64,000 nt of DNA from contig OX638149.1 of NCBI GenBank assembly GCA_951804945.1, forward strand, positions 101,060,001-101,124,000, read 5' to 3'. The notes beneath the pieces were generated by a model, which was not told where the DNA came from, did no database searches, and saw only the letters and a list, made by a program, of their open reading frames with translations. Made by a program: the position numbers and the translations under genes. This document shows positions 12,395 through 24,960 of the stretch, in pieces (within the stretch, counting starts at the first letter, position 1; the number at the start of each line of letters is the position of its first letter). Origin of the DNA: Podarcis cretensis. Its lineage: Eukaryota.

Positions 12395-13733
12395 TATGTG
12401 TGTGTAGACAGAGGGGAAGAGAGAGAGAGGTGTATGAGAGAGGATACGATATTAGAAAAGCCATCCAGACAATTCTAAAACAGCAAGTAATATAATCTGT
12501 TGGTCAGTTATTGCTCATATCTCATTTTTATAGTAATTTTGATCCAGAGTTGCACTAAGTGACATAACAAAGGATGCCCCCGGAGGCAGAGGCACGGAGG
12601 CGATTTTCACCAATTCCTTATTCTTGCTGGATTCCCCTATGCCCCCCTGTCTGCTCCCAGAAATTGAATGACCCTCAGAACACCACAGGTGATTATACTA
12701 GGAAGGGTCAGTCCACCCATGAGACAAGGTGAGGCGCTCACTTCAGGAGGCAGGATCCATAGTGGCAGCAAATCTGGCCTACAAAGGAATGCATCACCAG
12801 CTGCTGTTGCCACAGTGGCAATAATGGGGACCAGATCTGCTGCCTCCTCAACAGCCCCTTGCCCAATGCTGCCTCCACAGCAGCCTCTTGGTGAATAGGA
12901 CGCACTGCTGGTACCCTCCTGGGGGAGAAATAGTGGAGGCTGCCCTCTGGGATCTCTCTTCAAGTATCCCTGCTGCTGAGGAAACATTTCTAGAATTGTG
13001 CTGTTGTTAAGCATGTCACAGCAAAAGAAACAGAGCAGTATGAAGTTGTGATGACATCAGGTTTGTATACCACATTCAAAAAAGTAAAAACGCTAATTAA
13101 TTCAAGCTGTCTGCTTTGTGTATATAAAGCCTTTTAAAAGGCCAGGCATGGGACCCTAATTAAAATCTATTAAAAACAGTAAAAAATATAGGAAACAATT
13201 ATGACAACATACTAATATATTTTCAAGAGAGCTGAAACTAACAGAAGCTTTAGGTGCGTAATACTTCTTTGTCTATCGGTGAAAACCACCCTCAGTTAAC
13301 GCCTTTTGTTTTAAGAACAACTAGAATGAAAATGCTAGACTTCCATGCAGCACATTCTGATCAATGAGCCAAATAATGAAATTCTATTAGCCTTATATAG
13401 TAGCAATAACAGAGGGGCTGAGCAATCTAAAACCTGGCTGGGCAGTGGCAGGGACAGTCCCATCATTTGTACCAGCCAGAGAAGCAGAGGGTAGAAAAAA
13501 GGCAGCTGTGAACTATGTCAGCCTGGAGTTGGCATGCCGACTGGGCCTGTACAGGGCCTGATGCTGTCAAGTGAAAGCAGTGGGGTTGGCTTGGGATCCA
13601 GCAGATCCCAGGCTGGCTTTGCCCCTTTTTCTGGTTCTTTCCAAAGGCTACCACAAGCAAAATGTGCACCAGCTGTACTTCTGCCGCTACCTGCAGTGAG
13701 CAGGAATTACTCCATTAGTATTTACTGTACTAA

Positions 13734-14087
13734 GGGACGCGGGTGGCGCTGTGGGTTAAACCACAGAGCCTAGGACTTGCCGATCAGAAGGTCGGTGGTT
13801 CGAATCCCCGCAATGGGGTGAGCTCCTGTTGCTCGGTCCCTACTCCTGCTAACCTAGCAGTTTGAAAGCACATCTAAGTGCAAGTAGATAAATAGGTACT
13901 GCTCCAGGGGGGAGGGAAACGGCGTTTCTGTGTGCTGCTCTGGTTCGCCAGAAGCGGCTTAGTCATGCTGGCCACATGACCTGGAAGCTGTACGCCGGCT
14001 CCCTCGGCGAATAAAGCAAGATGAGCGTCGCAACCCCAGAGTCGGTCATGACTGGACCTAATGGTCAGGGGTCCCTTTACCTTTACC
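13734..14087 (+). mobile_element. Full-length Sauria/Squam1 SINE
   Basis: tRNA-like head (tggcgctgtgg A-box, ggttcgaatcc B-box), (accttt)n tail, and 14-bp TSD tatttactgtacta at 13719-13732 and 14088-14101. Confidence 0.95.
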
Positions 14088-17045
14088 TATTTACTGTACT
14101 ATATTACTAATTCAATAACCAAGCAGTCTGGTCAAAGAGGGACAGATCACTGTGTCCCTCAACTGTTTGGCAGAAGGTGAGGAGGTTCAATGCTAGTAGC
14201 CTCTTAGCAGGCTAATACAAACGTTTGCAGGTTCTGTTGCTCAGCCAAGAACCTCCTGCTCCACAACTGGTCTTTCAAGCAGGGCACTTCCTAATCAACA
14301 ACTTGAATTGGAATTTGAGGCCTCTGTAGGTAAGTGCCTCCACTTCTGCTCACCATCCTGCCCTCTCATCATGCTCTCTTGCCTTTCACCCAACTTCCTT
14401 TTATCTCCCACCACCAAAGAGGTAAAGCTAGGCTAGAGATCTGCTTCTCCAGATGTTGCTGAAGTTTACTGTTTAGATTTGCCAAATTCGTGGCCTAAAA
14501 TTTTGTTGTATATTAAAGCTTTCAAACAACCAGTTCCCAAAGGTTTCCAGTAAAGGAAATTGGTGAAAAATGTTTACCTTGTGGTAGGTCACAAGAGACG
14601 GTTGAACAAATTCCAACTGGACTCATAGTTTCACTGGAACCAAGTGTTAAAAAACTTCAACAAGTTAAAAGTTTATCTACAGTAGTCTTTATTTTAAGTG
14701 GTTTGGTCCTTTGGGTTTTGAAAAAGAAATCTCTGTATGTAATACAATTGCCAAATGTTGCTCTTAAGAAAATAGCAATTGGTTCAATTTAGCAGTAGGA
14801 AGTGTGGCTAATGTGCACCTCACCTTCTGTTACAGTCATAGCAAACAGGGCAGTGATTCCAAATGGTTCTTTGATTAATGAGCACAAAAACTTCATGATT
14901 CCTTTACTTGGGTGAACAGCTTTAGTGGAAACAGCAGTCCACAGGACCTCAAAAGCAGCTAGATTTCATTGATTAAGAATGAAATAATAAAGTATTAATT
15001 TTACTAAACACAAATCCATCAAATAGCAGATCCCTAATGATGGGGGCAGGGGATGTTGGGAATCTGCACCTGGTTTTTCAACTGCTAACATGATTTACAA
15101 CTGCATAATTTATATTAGAAAAATGATATTCAGAGTAGCTATCAAAGATAAACATATATTGCAGAAGGGTTCTTCCTTCTATTTTGGAAGGTTTGACTAT
15201 TATTTGGGTAATGAAACGACGACAGAATGGTCATCAATGTTTCGGAAGGTGGACATGAAAGACCAGCAAAGAAGACCAGAAGGGAAATAACATTTGTCTC
15301 ACTATGTCTGATCATTGCATTCAGTGGAAAAATTAAGCCACATTTATGATGAGGTAAATGTTTTTCTGTAACTTCAGATAAATAAGCTTGTCTTATTGGA
15401 TAAGTGTTAGCCAAATTTATGGACAACTGTAAAAAAAAAACATATTTTAGATTCCAGGTGAAGAGGCAGTCCTGATATTTCACACTTTAATCCAACCTCT
15501 TAAATGTACACTTGACTAACGAGGCTCAGTATATTAACCGAATGGGCATGGGGGGGGGCGGGGAGAGAGAGAGACTCATACATCAGAAATTGCCATGAGT
15601 TTTCCTATTCAATATGTATATACATTTTCAAAATACAAAGAGCAAAGAAAGCCATATTTGTCAGGGGTGGTGGGGTGGGAGATGAGCTATTTATAAAGCA
15701 AGAATCTGAACACAGGACAGGAAAACTAACGAGTGTTTGTTTACGTGAAGGTTCAAGCAGCTTCACTTGGGTTCTCAACTCCAAAGTAGAGGATATACAA
15801 ATACAGTATGTCTCTGGCAACTCAATTCCTAACTGCAAACAACAGGGAAGAATAAGGACCCACCCTCTGCCTGCATAAAAACTCTCTCTCTCAAACTCCT
15901 CCTCCCTGGCCCACCCCAGCCTCTACCTGCATCCCATGATAACTCTTGCTCTCCCTCTCGGCTCTCCTCCTCCCACTGAGTCCACCCTCTGCCTGCACAT
16001 TTTTGAGAAGAAGCGCAAATATGTGAAAAAAGGTGTCCCGTTTAAAGTCCACACAGGACAGGGGACACTTTTCTCCCCCCAAAAAAAGGATGATCACATT
16101 TTTCTAGGGATAAGTGGCAACCCTAGCTATGGATCATCTACTTAGAATAATTCAGACCCTTAATCAGCATTTATACTTGGTTTTAACATTTCAGGCCTTA
16201 AATGATCTTAAATAAATGATAGGAGGTGACTATAGTGCTGGATTATGAACCTGTCATTTCCCACATTTATATTTATGCTAGAAGCTAGAATGATTTTTTT
16301 TCTTTTTATCTAGACTGATGCCCAAGTGACACTGTCATTACCTTTTGTCCTGGTATAAAAATGCTGCATATTTATCAAAAGCAGGCACCACAAGGAATAT
16401 ATGTAGATAGATACACACATACAGATAGACAGAGATACACAGACAAACAAAATCAGAGGGTGAAATAGAGCAAAGTTTCTTTAAAAACACTCCCTCCCCC
16501 AGAAGCAGTTTGTTCTTTTTAAGAGCAAATGGAACTGCAGACATTAAAATTAAATCAGAGCAATTTCATGAAAGGAACAAAAAATGTCAAGACCAGTGAA
16601 ACACATGCATAACTACATAATGAAGAATCCAAAAGGAAAATTGGCTAGGAAAAAAAAAACATATGTGAGAAAAGACTATTCTTGAAGTCTACTGTGCAGT
16701 AACTATCTCAAAGCCTTAAAAATATATGAAATGAATTATCACCCTCTACTCACTTCATACCACTTATAATGAACATCAGGGAAGGACTTTTTCTAATGCA
16801 AGAAAATTCTATCCATCCATCCCTATTATGAGGCTCATTCATCTGAGGTAAAAATCATTTTCATTTCTGTTTTGAGAGCTTCATAGGGGAGGATTGCTTG
16901 TTCATTTAAAGCAGATTCAAAGAATATCCTATATGTTATAGTACAGTGGTACCTCGGGTTACATACGCTTCAGGTTACATACGCTTCAGGTTACAGACTC
17001 TGCTAACCCAGAAATAGTGCTTCAGGTTAAGAACTTTGCTTCAGG

Positions 17046-18035
17046 ATGAGAACAGAAATCATTGTCAGGAAAGCATTGTATAATGTCTGGACTAAATATA
17101 AAGACTTGCTGGAGAACAAAACTCCAAGGTGGCTGTCACCAATGGAGGCAAAAGCTTTGAAAAAACTTAACATGGAGGCTAAATGGCCAAAATATTGTGA
17201 AATTTTAGAACAGGAGGGTGATAAGTGGAAATTGCAGAGTTTTGAGAACCTAAAAGATAAAGTGCGAGACTGGCTTCATTATTATCAAATACTGGAGGTC
17301 TATAAGTTGGACAGGAAAATTGGCTTTCAGGTGGAAAAATCAAAACTGGAAACAGAGTTGTTAGAATCCAAAACTAAGAATTTGTCAAAAATGTATAACT
17401 TGCTGTTGAAATGGAATACACAGGATGAAACAGTTAAATCAGCTATGATTAAGTGGGCACACGATATTGGTCATAATATTATGTTTGCTGACTGGGAAAG
17501 GTTGTGGACCACCGGTATGAAATTCACGGCATGTAATGCCTTGAGAGAGAATATTATGAAAATGATCTATAGGTGGTACATGACCCCAGTCAAGCTCGCA
17601 AAAATTTACCACTTATCAGATAACAAATGTTGGAAATGTAAAGAAAATGAAGGTACATTTTTTCACCTCTGGTGGACATGCCCAAGGATTAAAGCTTTCT
17701 GGGAAATGATATATAACGAAATGAAAAAGGTATTTAAATATACCTTCTTGAAGAAACCAGAGGCCTTTCTCCTGGGTATGGTAAGCCATGTGGTGTTAAA
17801 GAAGGACAGAACTTTTTTTATGTATGCTACTACAGCAGCAAGGATACTCATCGCAAAGTATTGGAAGACACCAGATCTACCCACTCTGGAAGAATGGCAG
17901 ATGAAGATGACAGACTATATGGGACTGGCAGAGATGACTGGCAGAATCCGAGACCAGGACAAAGAGACAGTGGAAGAAGATTGGAAGAAGTTCAAAGACT
18001 ATCTTAATAAACATTATAAAATTAATGAAGGCTAA
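17046..18035 (+). CDS. 329-aa ORF: MITE-derived MRTEI fused to the L1 ORF2p C-terminal region (zinc knuckle, no RT catalytic core)
   Basis: From the ORF track; uninterrupted. CX2CX8HX4C motif. Expression unknown. Confidence 0.5.
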   Translation: MRTEIIVRKALYNVWTKYKDLLENKTPRWLSPMEAKALKKLNMEAKWPKYCEILEQEGDKWKLQSFENLKDKVRDWLHYYQILEVYKLDRKIGFQVEKSKLETELLESKTKNLSKMYNLLLKWNTQDETVKSAMIKWAHDIGHNIMFADWERLWTTGMKFTACNALRENIMKMIYRWYMTPVKLAKIYHLSDNKCWKCKENEGTFFHLWWTCPRIKAFWEMIYNEMKKVFKYTFLKKPEAFLLGMVSHVVLKKDRTFFMYATTAARILIAKYWKTPDLPTLEEWQMKMTDYMGLAEMTGRIRDQDKETVEEDWKKFKDYLNKHYKINEG

Positions 18036-18322
18036 AAAGATATGGGTTTAAAAATTAGGGGTTTGCAGGGGCGCTGATTAAGGAAAAAGAATAGAATTAT
18101 CAAAAACTATGGGAAATATGGGAATGGATTTGCTGATAAGATAAATGAGATTAGAATACAGAAGGGGGAGGTGTGAGGAGGTCGGTGAAATTAGGTTTAG
18201 AAAATAAGGTTTGAATTTATACTTGTTTTTGGTTTGTTTGTTGGTTTATGTATGTTTTTATTGTTGTTTGTGTTTATATGTGTTTATTTGAAATTTTAAT
18301 AAATATTATTTTTTTAAAAAAA
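17061..18322 (+). mobile_element. 5'-truncated L1-clade LINE (ORF2 C-terminus, 3'UTR, AATAAA/A-tail)
   Basis: Open frame with CCHC knuckle CWKCKENEGTFFHLWWTC, an AATAAA near 18298, an A-rich tail, and 13-bp TSD gagaacagaaatc (17048-17060, 18323-18335). Confidence 0.92.
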
Positions 18323-18884
18323 GAGAACAGAAATCGTGCTCCGGTGGTGCGGCAGCAGCAGGAGGCCCCATTACCTAAAATGGTGCTTCAGGTTAAGAAC
18401 AGTTTCAGGTTAAGAACGGACCTCCGGAATGAATTAAGTACTTAACCCGAGGTGCCACTGTAGTTCGTGACAAATTTTAGAACTGGGGCAGTTTCGAAAT
18501 CACAGGTACAATATGAGTGCCCCTAAACCACAGTTGGGCCAGGTTAGTCAAGACGTTGTCACTAGGCAGCTGTTCCTACAACTGCCTGGCCTTTTCAAAC
18601 AAACCTAACTTTTGAAGGGCAGGGAGATGGCCAGCAGAAAAGAGCTCGTAGGCCTCATTCCTAAGGCCTGTGTACTCCCGAGGGTTTTGTTTTGTTTTGT
18701 TTGTTACTGGGATACATGGAAATGTAGTTAAGTCACATCCCTATCCACTGCACAGACTTTAAGAATGAAACATACAAGGCCAATAAATGTCATGAGCCAG
18801 CCTTGTCCACCACCAGTCCCCCGCTCCCTGGCCAAGATCAGTCTCCTTGGGAGGGCTGAGACTGGATGAGGGCAACCGCCCTTG

Positions 18885-19587
18885 CAGACCCTCCAAGTGT
18901 CACTATTTTCCAGGACATGGCTGGATCTACAGAAGCCATCCCAGTTTCTGATTTGATATTGGAATGTCCCGCTTTTCCTTTGGACGTCCCTATTATCGGA
19001 GAAATGTTGGAGGGTAATTGAGTTATGCGACCCCTGAGCCAAGAAGATGAGTAACTATACAACCTTTAAAGGTAAAGGGACCCCTGACAATTAAGTCCAG
19101 TCGCGAACGACTCTGGAGTTGCAGTGCTCATCTTGCTCTATAGGCTGAGGGAGCCAGTGTTTGTCTGCTTCCACAGACAGTTTTTCCGGGTCATGAGCAG
19201 CGCACGGAAATGCTGTTTACCTTCCCGCTGGAGTGGTACCTATTTATCTACTTGCATTGCGTTCTATCAAACTGCTAGGTTAGCAGGAACAGGGACCAAA
19301 CAACGGGAACTCACCCCGTCACGGGGATTCAAACTGCCAACTTTTCGATTGGCAAGCCCAAGCTGCACAGTAGTTTAACCCACAGCGCCACCTGCCAACC
19401 TTTGGAAGACATCTAAAGGCAGCCCTGTATAGGGAAGTTTTTTTAATGTTTTATTATGTTTTTATATATGTCGGAAGCCACCCAGAGTGGCTGGGGTAAC
19501 CCAGTCAGATGGGCAGGGTATAAATAATAAAAATTATTATGAAATAGGACGTCCCTATTTTCATTGGAAAAAATGTTGGAGCGTATG
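18885..19587. mobile_element. Composite hAT-like non-autonomous element carrying an L2 3' tail, interrupted by a SINE
   Basis: Termini cagaccctccaa / ttggagcgtatg. An internal copy of the right end at 18982-19016. L2-type tail (ccacccagagtggctgggg...gggtataaataataaa) at about 19420-19540. Confidence 0.65.
19068..19395 (-). mobile_element. Sauria/Squam1 SINE
   Basis: Reverse complement of the 13734 copy with internal deletions. 8-bp TSD caaccttt (19060-19067, 19396-19403). Confidence 0.92.
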
Positions 19588-21991
19588 TGATGATGAATCA
19601 CAGTAAATCATAATAATGCCCTCACCCATGTGTGAATTTCAGTGCCAAAAGCTGAACATTTCCTCCCCCCGTCCCCGTCCCCCTGGATTCATAGACATTA
19701 TGCACAAGACATCTCTGGTCAATGAATCTTCAGTCAGATCTAGTTCAACCAAGATGTAGCATGAATATTAAGACAAGAGATGGATGAGGTTTGCCTTCCT
19801 CATGGAATTGCTGAGTTTATTTGTCCCCATCCACGCATGCATCCCCCCCAAAAAACTCCCACTGCAGTAGCCTTTGGAAAATACGCAACTCTCGGTGACT
19901 ACCAGCTCTTTTTGCACACTTAAAGAGGAAGGGATGGGGGGGGGATCTCTTCTTCCCTTTTTAATGCCACCGCTGCTGTGGGCCAAGTCCAATAAGCAGG
20001 TGTTTTCAAGAGAAGGACCAGTTCCAGACACACCATGTATTCAGTCTCTTCTGATGCCCCAACCCCATAATGCATATCAACTAGATAGATCCACACATTT
20101 GGGGAAATGGGGCATCTGAAAACAACTCCAGCCTCAGATTACTCTGGCAGAGGATGAGTAAATCACAGATTATTCAGAATGTGATCTTATACAGATTCCC
20201 TATAGAAAATAATTCTTGATGGTGTGGGCTTATTGACGCTGCTGTGCTGTTCTTATAAATTAGACCAGGTGAAAAACATTGGGGCTATTTCACCTCTGAG
20301 GCAAGTTGACATGATTCAGTGGAGCTCCAAATTACAGCAATGAAAAGTGATTCCACATGTGTAACTTTCAGGTTAAATTTACAATGCTATAAAGGAGATT
20401 TTTAATAATATAAATAAACTTAAATCCCTCAACCTGCTGTTTTTTGGCCAGGGGGAATGAAGCCCAATTCATTTTCAATGCCATCCAGAGTACATAGCCC
20501 CTCAGCAAAGGCACTCTGGGTAACTTTAAACTTTTTTTTTATCTTTTGAAGTATTTGAGTCTGTTACTAAAATGTTTAGATAATTTATCACCGTCTTCAA
20601 TGGGAGAGATACTGCCTAAGAAAAACTGAGGAGAAGCCAAGAGGGATTGTTGAATCTCACAGAACTAGCATTTAGCAGAGAACTGCTAAAGAATTTACAG
20701 TCAAGATGGATTGGCAAAAACTTTCCTCCATTCAGGCAGGCATGAGTTGAATTGGTTCCATGTGCTTATTTTTTGGTAACTGCATTTCTAGATACCATGT
20801 CAGTGAGAAGCACCTGCTTGTCTTGACCACCCAGAGCAACCCAGAAGAAATCCAATATCATCTAATTTGTCCAGTAATCTAGATCAGATGGGGGAAATAG
20901 CTGCAAATTACCGGCAAGGAGGGACTTACTTTGCATTGTTCAATATCAGTTACCTCTCTACACAACAGCAAGTATACTACTCTCCCCCCTCCCCTCTCTA
21001 TATATAATTTACAGGGGTAGCCAATGTGGTATCATGCCTGTGTTGTTGGACTACATATCCCATTATTCCTGATCAACAGCCATGGGGACTGGGGCTGCCA
21101 AGAGTTGGAGGAAGATTCCCTACCCCTTCTATTTAGCAATTATGTAAGGGAAGAGGAAGAGACTCCTACTAACAATAGAAGAAGAATGACCGCCATGTCC
21201 TATGGAGGAAGGAGAAAACCATATCCTTTAAGTATAGATGGGATGGGGAGAGCACAAAAAATACAAGCATTGAATTTAAATGACAGATAAACCCATAGCA
21301 TGCTCCCAAGGTGGTTGGAATGGCATGGAGCTTTCTGTTCATGTATATGACGGAAGGCAAGGTATCTATTAGTGTTCTAAGTAGATGAGTGTTAGAAATG
21401 TGGCCAAATTCTTAGGAGTGTCCTGGATACACGCTGTTTGTACAAAGTGCTCTTTTCTGTGCAAAGTACCCTTTCACCTTGTTTATCATTACTAGAATTC
21501 CTCATCCTGAGCTCTAAGTTTGCATGGCATAGGGACAGAGAGCTATAGATGTATGCTGCAAACCCCATCAACTTAGTATTGGTCTTCTTGTGTGAGGTTC
21601 ATATAGTGGTGGTGCTGTACTGTGACTGGATCTCAACATACACCGTGTTCCATTCTCTCTAGTGACAATGTGGGCAGTTGAAGGAAAGCAAAGGAAATTA
21701 CTTGGACCAGGGCCAGTGTAAAGTTGTGGTATCAGAGAGAGCATGACACAACTCTGTCCTGTTTTAACGGAGTGTTCTGTCAGAGGATCAGTTCTTCTGG
21801 AATTCTATCAGTGAGACATCCGTCAAATCTTTTATCTCATCAGTTGACAGAACCTGATCATATTCTGTCCTTAGAACAAAATCCTAAATACAACCCTCAG
21901 AATGAAGTTTATTATGAGTAAAGATGTATAGGATTCTGCTGTACCAGAAGGATGTTTCATAGGCCACAGTATGCTAGATCAATGGAAAAAG

Positions 21992-22046
21992 AATACTTTT
22001 ATTATCATTCAGCCATTAAAATACTTTTATTATCATTCAGCCATTA
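21992..22046. repeat. 28-bp-period tandem duplication
   Basis: aatacttttattatcattcagccatta x2. Confidence 0.9.
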
Positions 22047-22173
22047 TCTCACTGATGTGTCATGGAGCTGGATGAGAATTTAGATTCAGCTCCTTCCTTT
22101 TAGTAAAACCTGCAGTTTCAGTAACTTTACCATTATCTTTGTTAAGGCTCTGGCATCTTCCAGGTAAGTATTT

Positions 22174-23310
22174 CATAGAATCATAGAGTTGGAAGAGACC
22201 ACAAGGGCCATCGAGTCCAACCCCCTGCCAAGCAGGAAACACCATCAGAGCACTCCTGACATATGGTTGTCAAGCCTCTGCTTAAAGACCTCCAAAGAAG
22301 GAGACTCCACCACACTCCTTGGCAGCAAATTCCACTGTCGAACAGCTCTTACTGTCAGGAAGTTCTTCCTAATGTTTAGGTGGAATCTTCTTTCATGTAG
22401 TTTGGATCCATTGCTCCGTGTCAGCTTCTCTGGAGCAACAGAAAACAACCTTTCTCCCTCCTCTATGTAACATCCTTTTATATATTTGAACATGGCTATC
22501 ATATCACCCCTTAACCTCCTCTTCTCCAGGCTAAACATGCCCAGCTCCCTTAGCCGTTCCTCATAAGGCATCGTTTCCAGGCCTTTGACCATTTTGGTTG
22601 CCCTCCTCTGGATACGTTCCAGTTTGTCTGTGTCCTTCTTGAACTGTGGTGCCCAGAACTGGACACAGTACTCCAGGTGAGGTCTGACCAGAGCAGAATA
22701 CAGTGGCACTATTACTTCCCTTGATCTAGATGCTATACTCCTATTGATGCAGCCCAGAATTGCATTGGCATTTTTAGCTGCCGCGTCACACTGTTGGCTC
22801 ATGTCAAGTTTGTGGTCAACCAAGACTCCTAGATCCTTTTCACATGTACTGCTCTCAAGCCTGGTGTCACCCATCTTGTATTTGTGCCTCTCATTTTTTT
22901 TGCCCAAGTGCGATACTTTACATTTCTCCCTGTTAAAATTCATCTTGTTTGTTTTGGCCCAGTTCTCTAATCTGTCAAGGTCGTTTTGAAGTGTGATCCT
23001 GTCCTCTGGGGTGTTAGCCACCCCTCCCAGTTTGGTGTCATCTGCAAATTTGATCAGGATGCCCTTGAGTCCATCATCCAAGTCGTTGATAAAGATGTTG
23101 AATAAGACCGGGGCCAAGACAGAACCCTGTGGCACCCCACTAGTCACTCTTCTCCAGGATGAAGAGGAACCATTGATGAGCACCCTTTGGGTTCGGTCAG
23201 TCAGCCAGTTACAAATCCATTGAGTGGTAGCATAGTCAAGACCGCATTTTACCAGCTTCTTTACAAGAATATCATGGGGCACCTTGTCAAATGCTTTGCT
23301 GAAATCAAGG
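22174..23310 (-). mobile_element. Young 5'-truncated CR1 LINE
   Basis: Open RT frame, CR1 3' UTR and ctatgattctatg terminal microsatellite on the minus strand. Confidence 0.95.
22245..23282 (-). CDS. CR1 ORF2 partial: reverse transcriptase C-terminal half, 345 aa, no stops
   Basis: RT motifs GVPQGSVLAP and FADD. CR1-typical RPHLEYCVQFW and SLEKRRLRGDMI. Confidence 0.85.
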   Translation of the reverse strand: MPHDILVKKLVKCGLDYATTQWICNWLTDRTQRVLINGSSSSWRRVTSGVPQGSVLAPVLFNIFINDLDDGLKGILIKFADDTKLGGVANTPEDRITLQNDLDRLENWAKTNKMNFNREKCKVSHLGKKNERHKYKMGDTRLESSTCEKDLGVLVDHKLDMSQQCDAAAKNANAILGCINRSIASRSREVIVPLYSALVRPHLEYCVQFWAPQFKKDTDKLERIQRRATKMVKGLETMPYEERLRELGMFSLEKRRLRGDMIAMFKYIKGCYIEEGERLFSVAPEKLTRSNGSKLHERRFHLNIRKNFLTVRAVRQWNLLPRSVVESPSLEVFKQRLDNHMSGVL

Positions 23311-24960
23311 CAATTTCCTATTGCCTTGATTTCCTATTCCTTGCAATTTCCTATTGCAACCATTTCCCTTTCCAGTAAATCTATATACAGTTCAAAATGG
23401 CTGATGAATTTGCAGTTTTATAGAGGTCTTTCTAATTATCTAATTTTTCTTTTGTCATTTCTCACCCCTGGTAACACTTCTGAGGTTTATCTGTTCAATT
23501 TCATGATTTCTTTTTTCACAGAAAAGAAATTAAGGCCTGAGCTTGCCTTTAATGAGGGCAATGAAGACAAATGGATGGCAAATAATATGGTAAGAACAAT
23601 TTCCTAATAAATATAATTTATAGATAGAAAGGATGGAGTTGCCTCCTTAAAAAATACACCTTCATTCTGTTACTTCTATTTTAAGACTTCACGGGAAAAG
23701 AATATTGTAAATCCATGTGCTGGGAGGCCTTGGATAATCATTTATTTTCTTTGGATAAGAGAAATCTTAACTGCAGCCGAACTGAGTAATCCTCCTCCTC
23801 CCTAAACCTTTTATTGTAGTATACTTCTGTAGTATTCAGTGGGGGCTACCCTGGGTCAAGTGACCTAACAATTGCAGAACAATGTTTTACTCATTGAAAA
23901 TTGTTTTTAGATTGGTAAGAGAGCTCCTGCTTTATCTACTCTGCAATCTCTGGATGTTAGAAGGAATGGGAGATGGCATAGGGGAGAAACACAGTGCTTG
24001 GCCCTGTTTTCTTGGCTTAATAGCAAACTGCCAATAGAAAATAGAGCGTACAGAGTTACCTAGACCTATGGCATGGCATGGGACGAGTTGCAGATTAAAA
24101 TAGATGGATGCCTCACTGCCCACCATCTCTTAATAGTTTGCATTCTTCTTGCTCAGTCCAGACCATTAGGTGGTAATATGGGAGGAACTTGAAACTTCTC
24201 AAACCTTTTAACCAATGTACCAGAGACTTTTCACTTTTAGTTAAACATCCCCATGTGTAATTTAGTTAGTACTTTAGTACTTTAGTTAACCCAGGGATAG
24301 GGACTCCCCTCCCCATTGGTCACACTGCCTAGGGCTGATGGAAGCTAAAGTCCAACACCTGGAGGTCCCCAGATTCTCCTCCTCTGATATAGACATTGAT
24401 GACCCTGTGGAGTCAACTTGAATCTCCAATGGACACTTGCATGGTGACTTTAGTTTTCAGGTGTCACAATTTCACAAATGTTAATTAGGAAGTATTACTT
24501 TAGCACAGGTTTTGAAACAGTCCTGGTCTCTGCTTGCTCTGTTCTCTGAATAACTCACATTTTGAAAAGTACCTAAATACTTTATGCAAGGAAACAAATG
24601 CAGAACGCAGAAGCTAAAATGCATAACTAAAGGATTTGCTTTGGGGTAGGATTTCCAAAAGCAGGAAATGCTTATAGACCACCAGAAAGCTCTGCTAAAA
24701 GTGTCCTTTAAAGCATACATGGCTTAAGAAAATTTAAAATTGGGAGTGGGAAGCTCTTGCAAGCATTAAGAGCATTTGGCATCACAGATTTCTGGATAGC
24801 ACACAAATCTAAATTCCTAGTTTCAGAATAATCATGAGCATGCACTGCATTAGTTGTGACCGCCCTGAAATCAAAGCATTAGTTTTGACCTGCTCGTTAA
24901 TTATAAATGTGGGTCATGCCACATATTGTTTATTGACCTCCTCAGAATCAATGTAACATA

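Larger units (their letters stand above)
16944..18460 (+). mobile_element. Tigger/pogo-like (Tc1/mariner superfamily) MITE split by an L1 insertion
   Basis: TA|cagtggtacctcgggtta ... taacccgaggtgccactg|TA. The halves 16944-17060 and 18323-18460 reconstitute the element seen uninterrupted at 38415 and 44928. Confidence 0.9.

Noticed and set aside
21724-21921. Coding exon
   Set aside because: No convincing splice-site pair in frame and no recognisable peptide.
22245-23282. Domesticated reverse transcriptase gene or new RT system
   Set aside because: Ordinary 5'-truncated CR1 lacking the endonuclease, RT N-terminus and a true ATG. The open frame is explained by young age.
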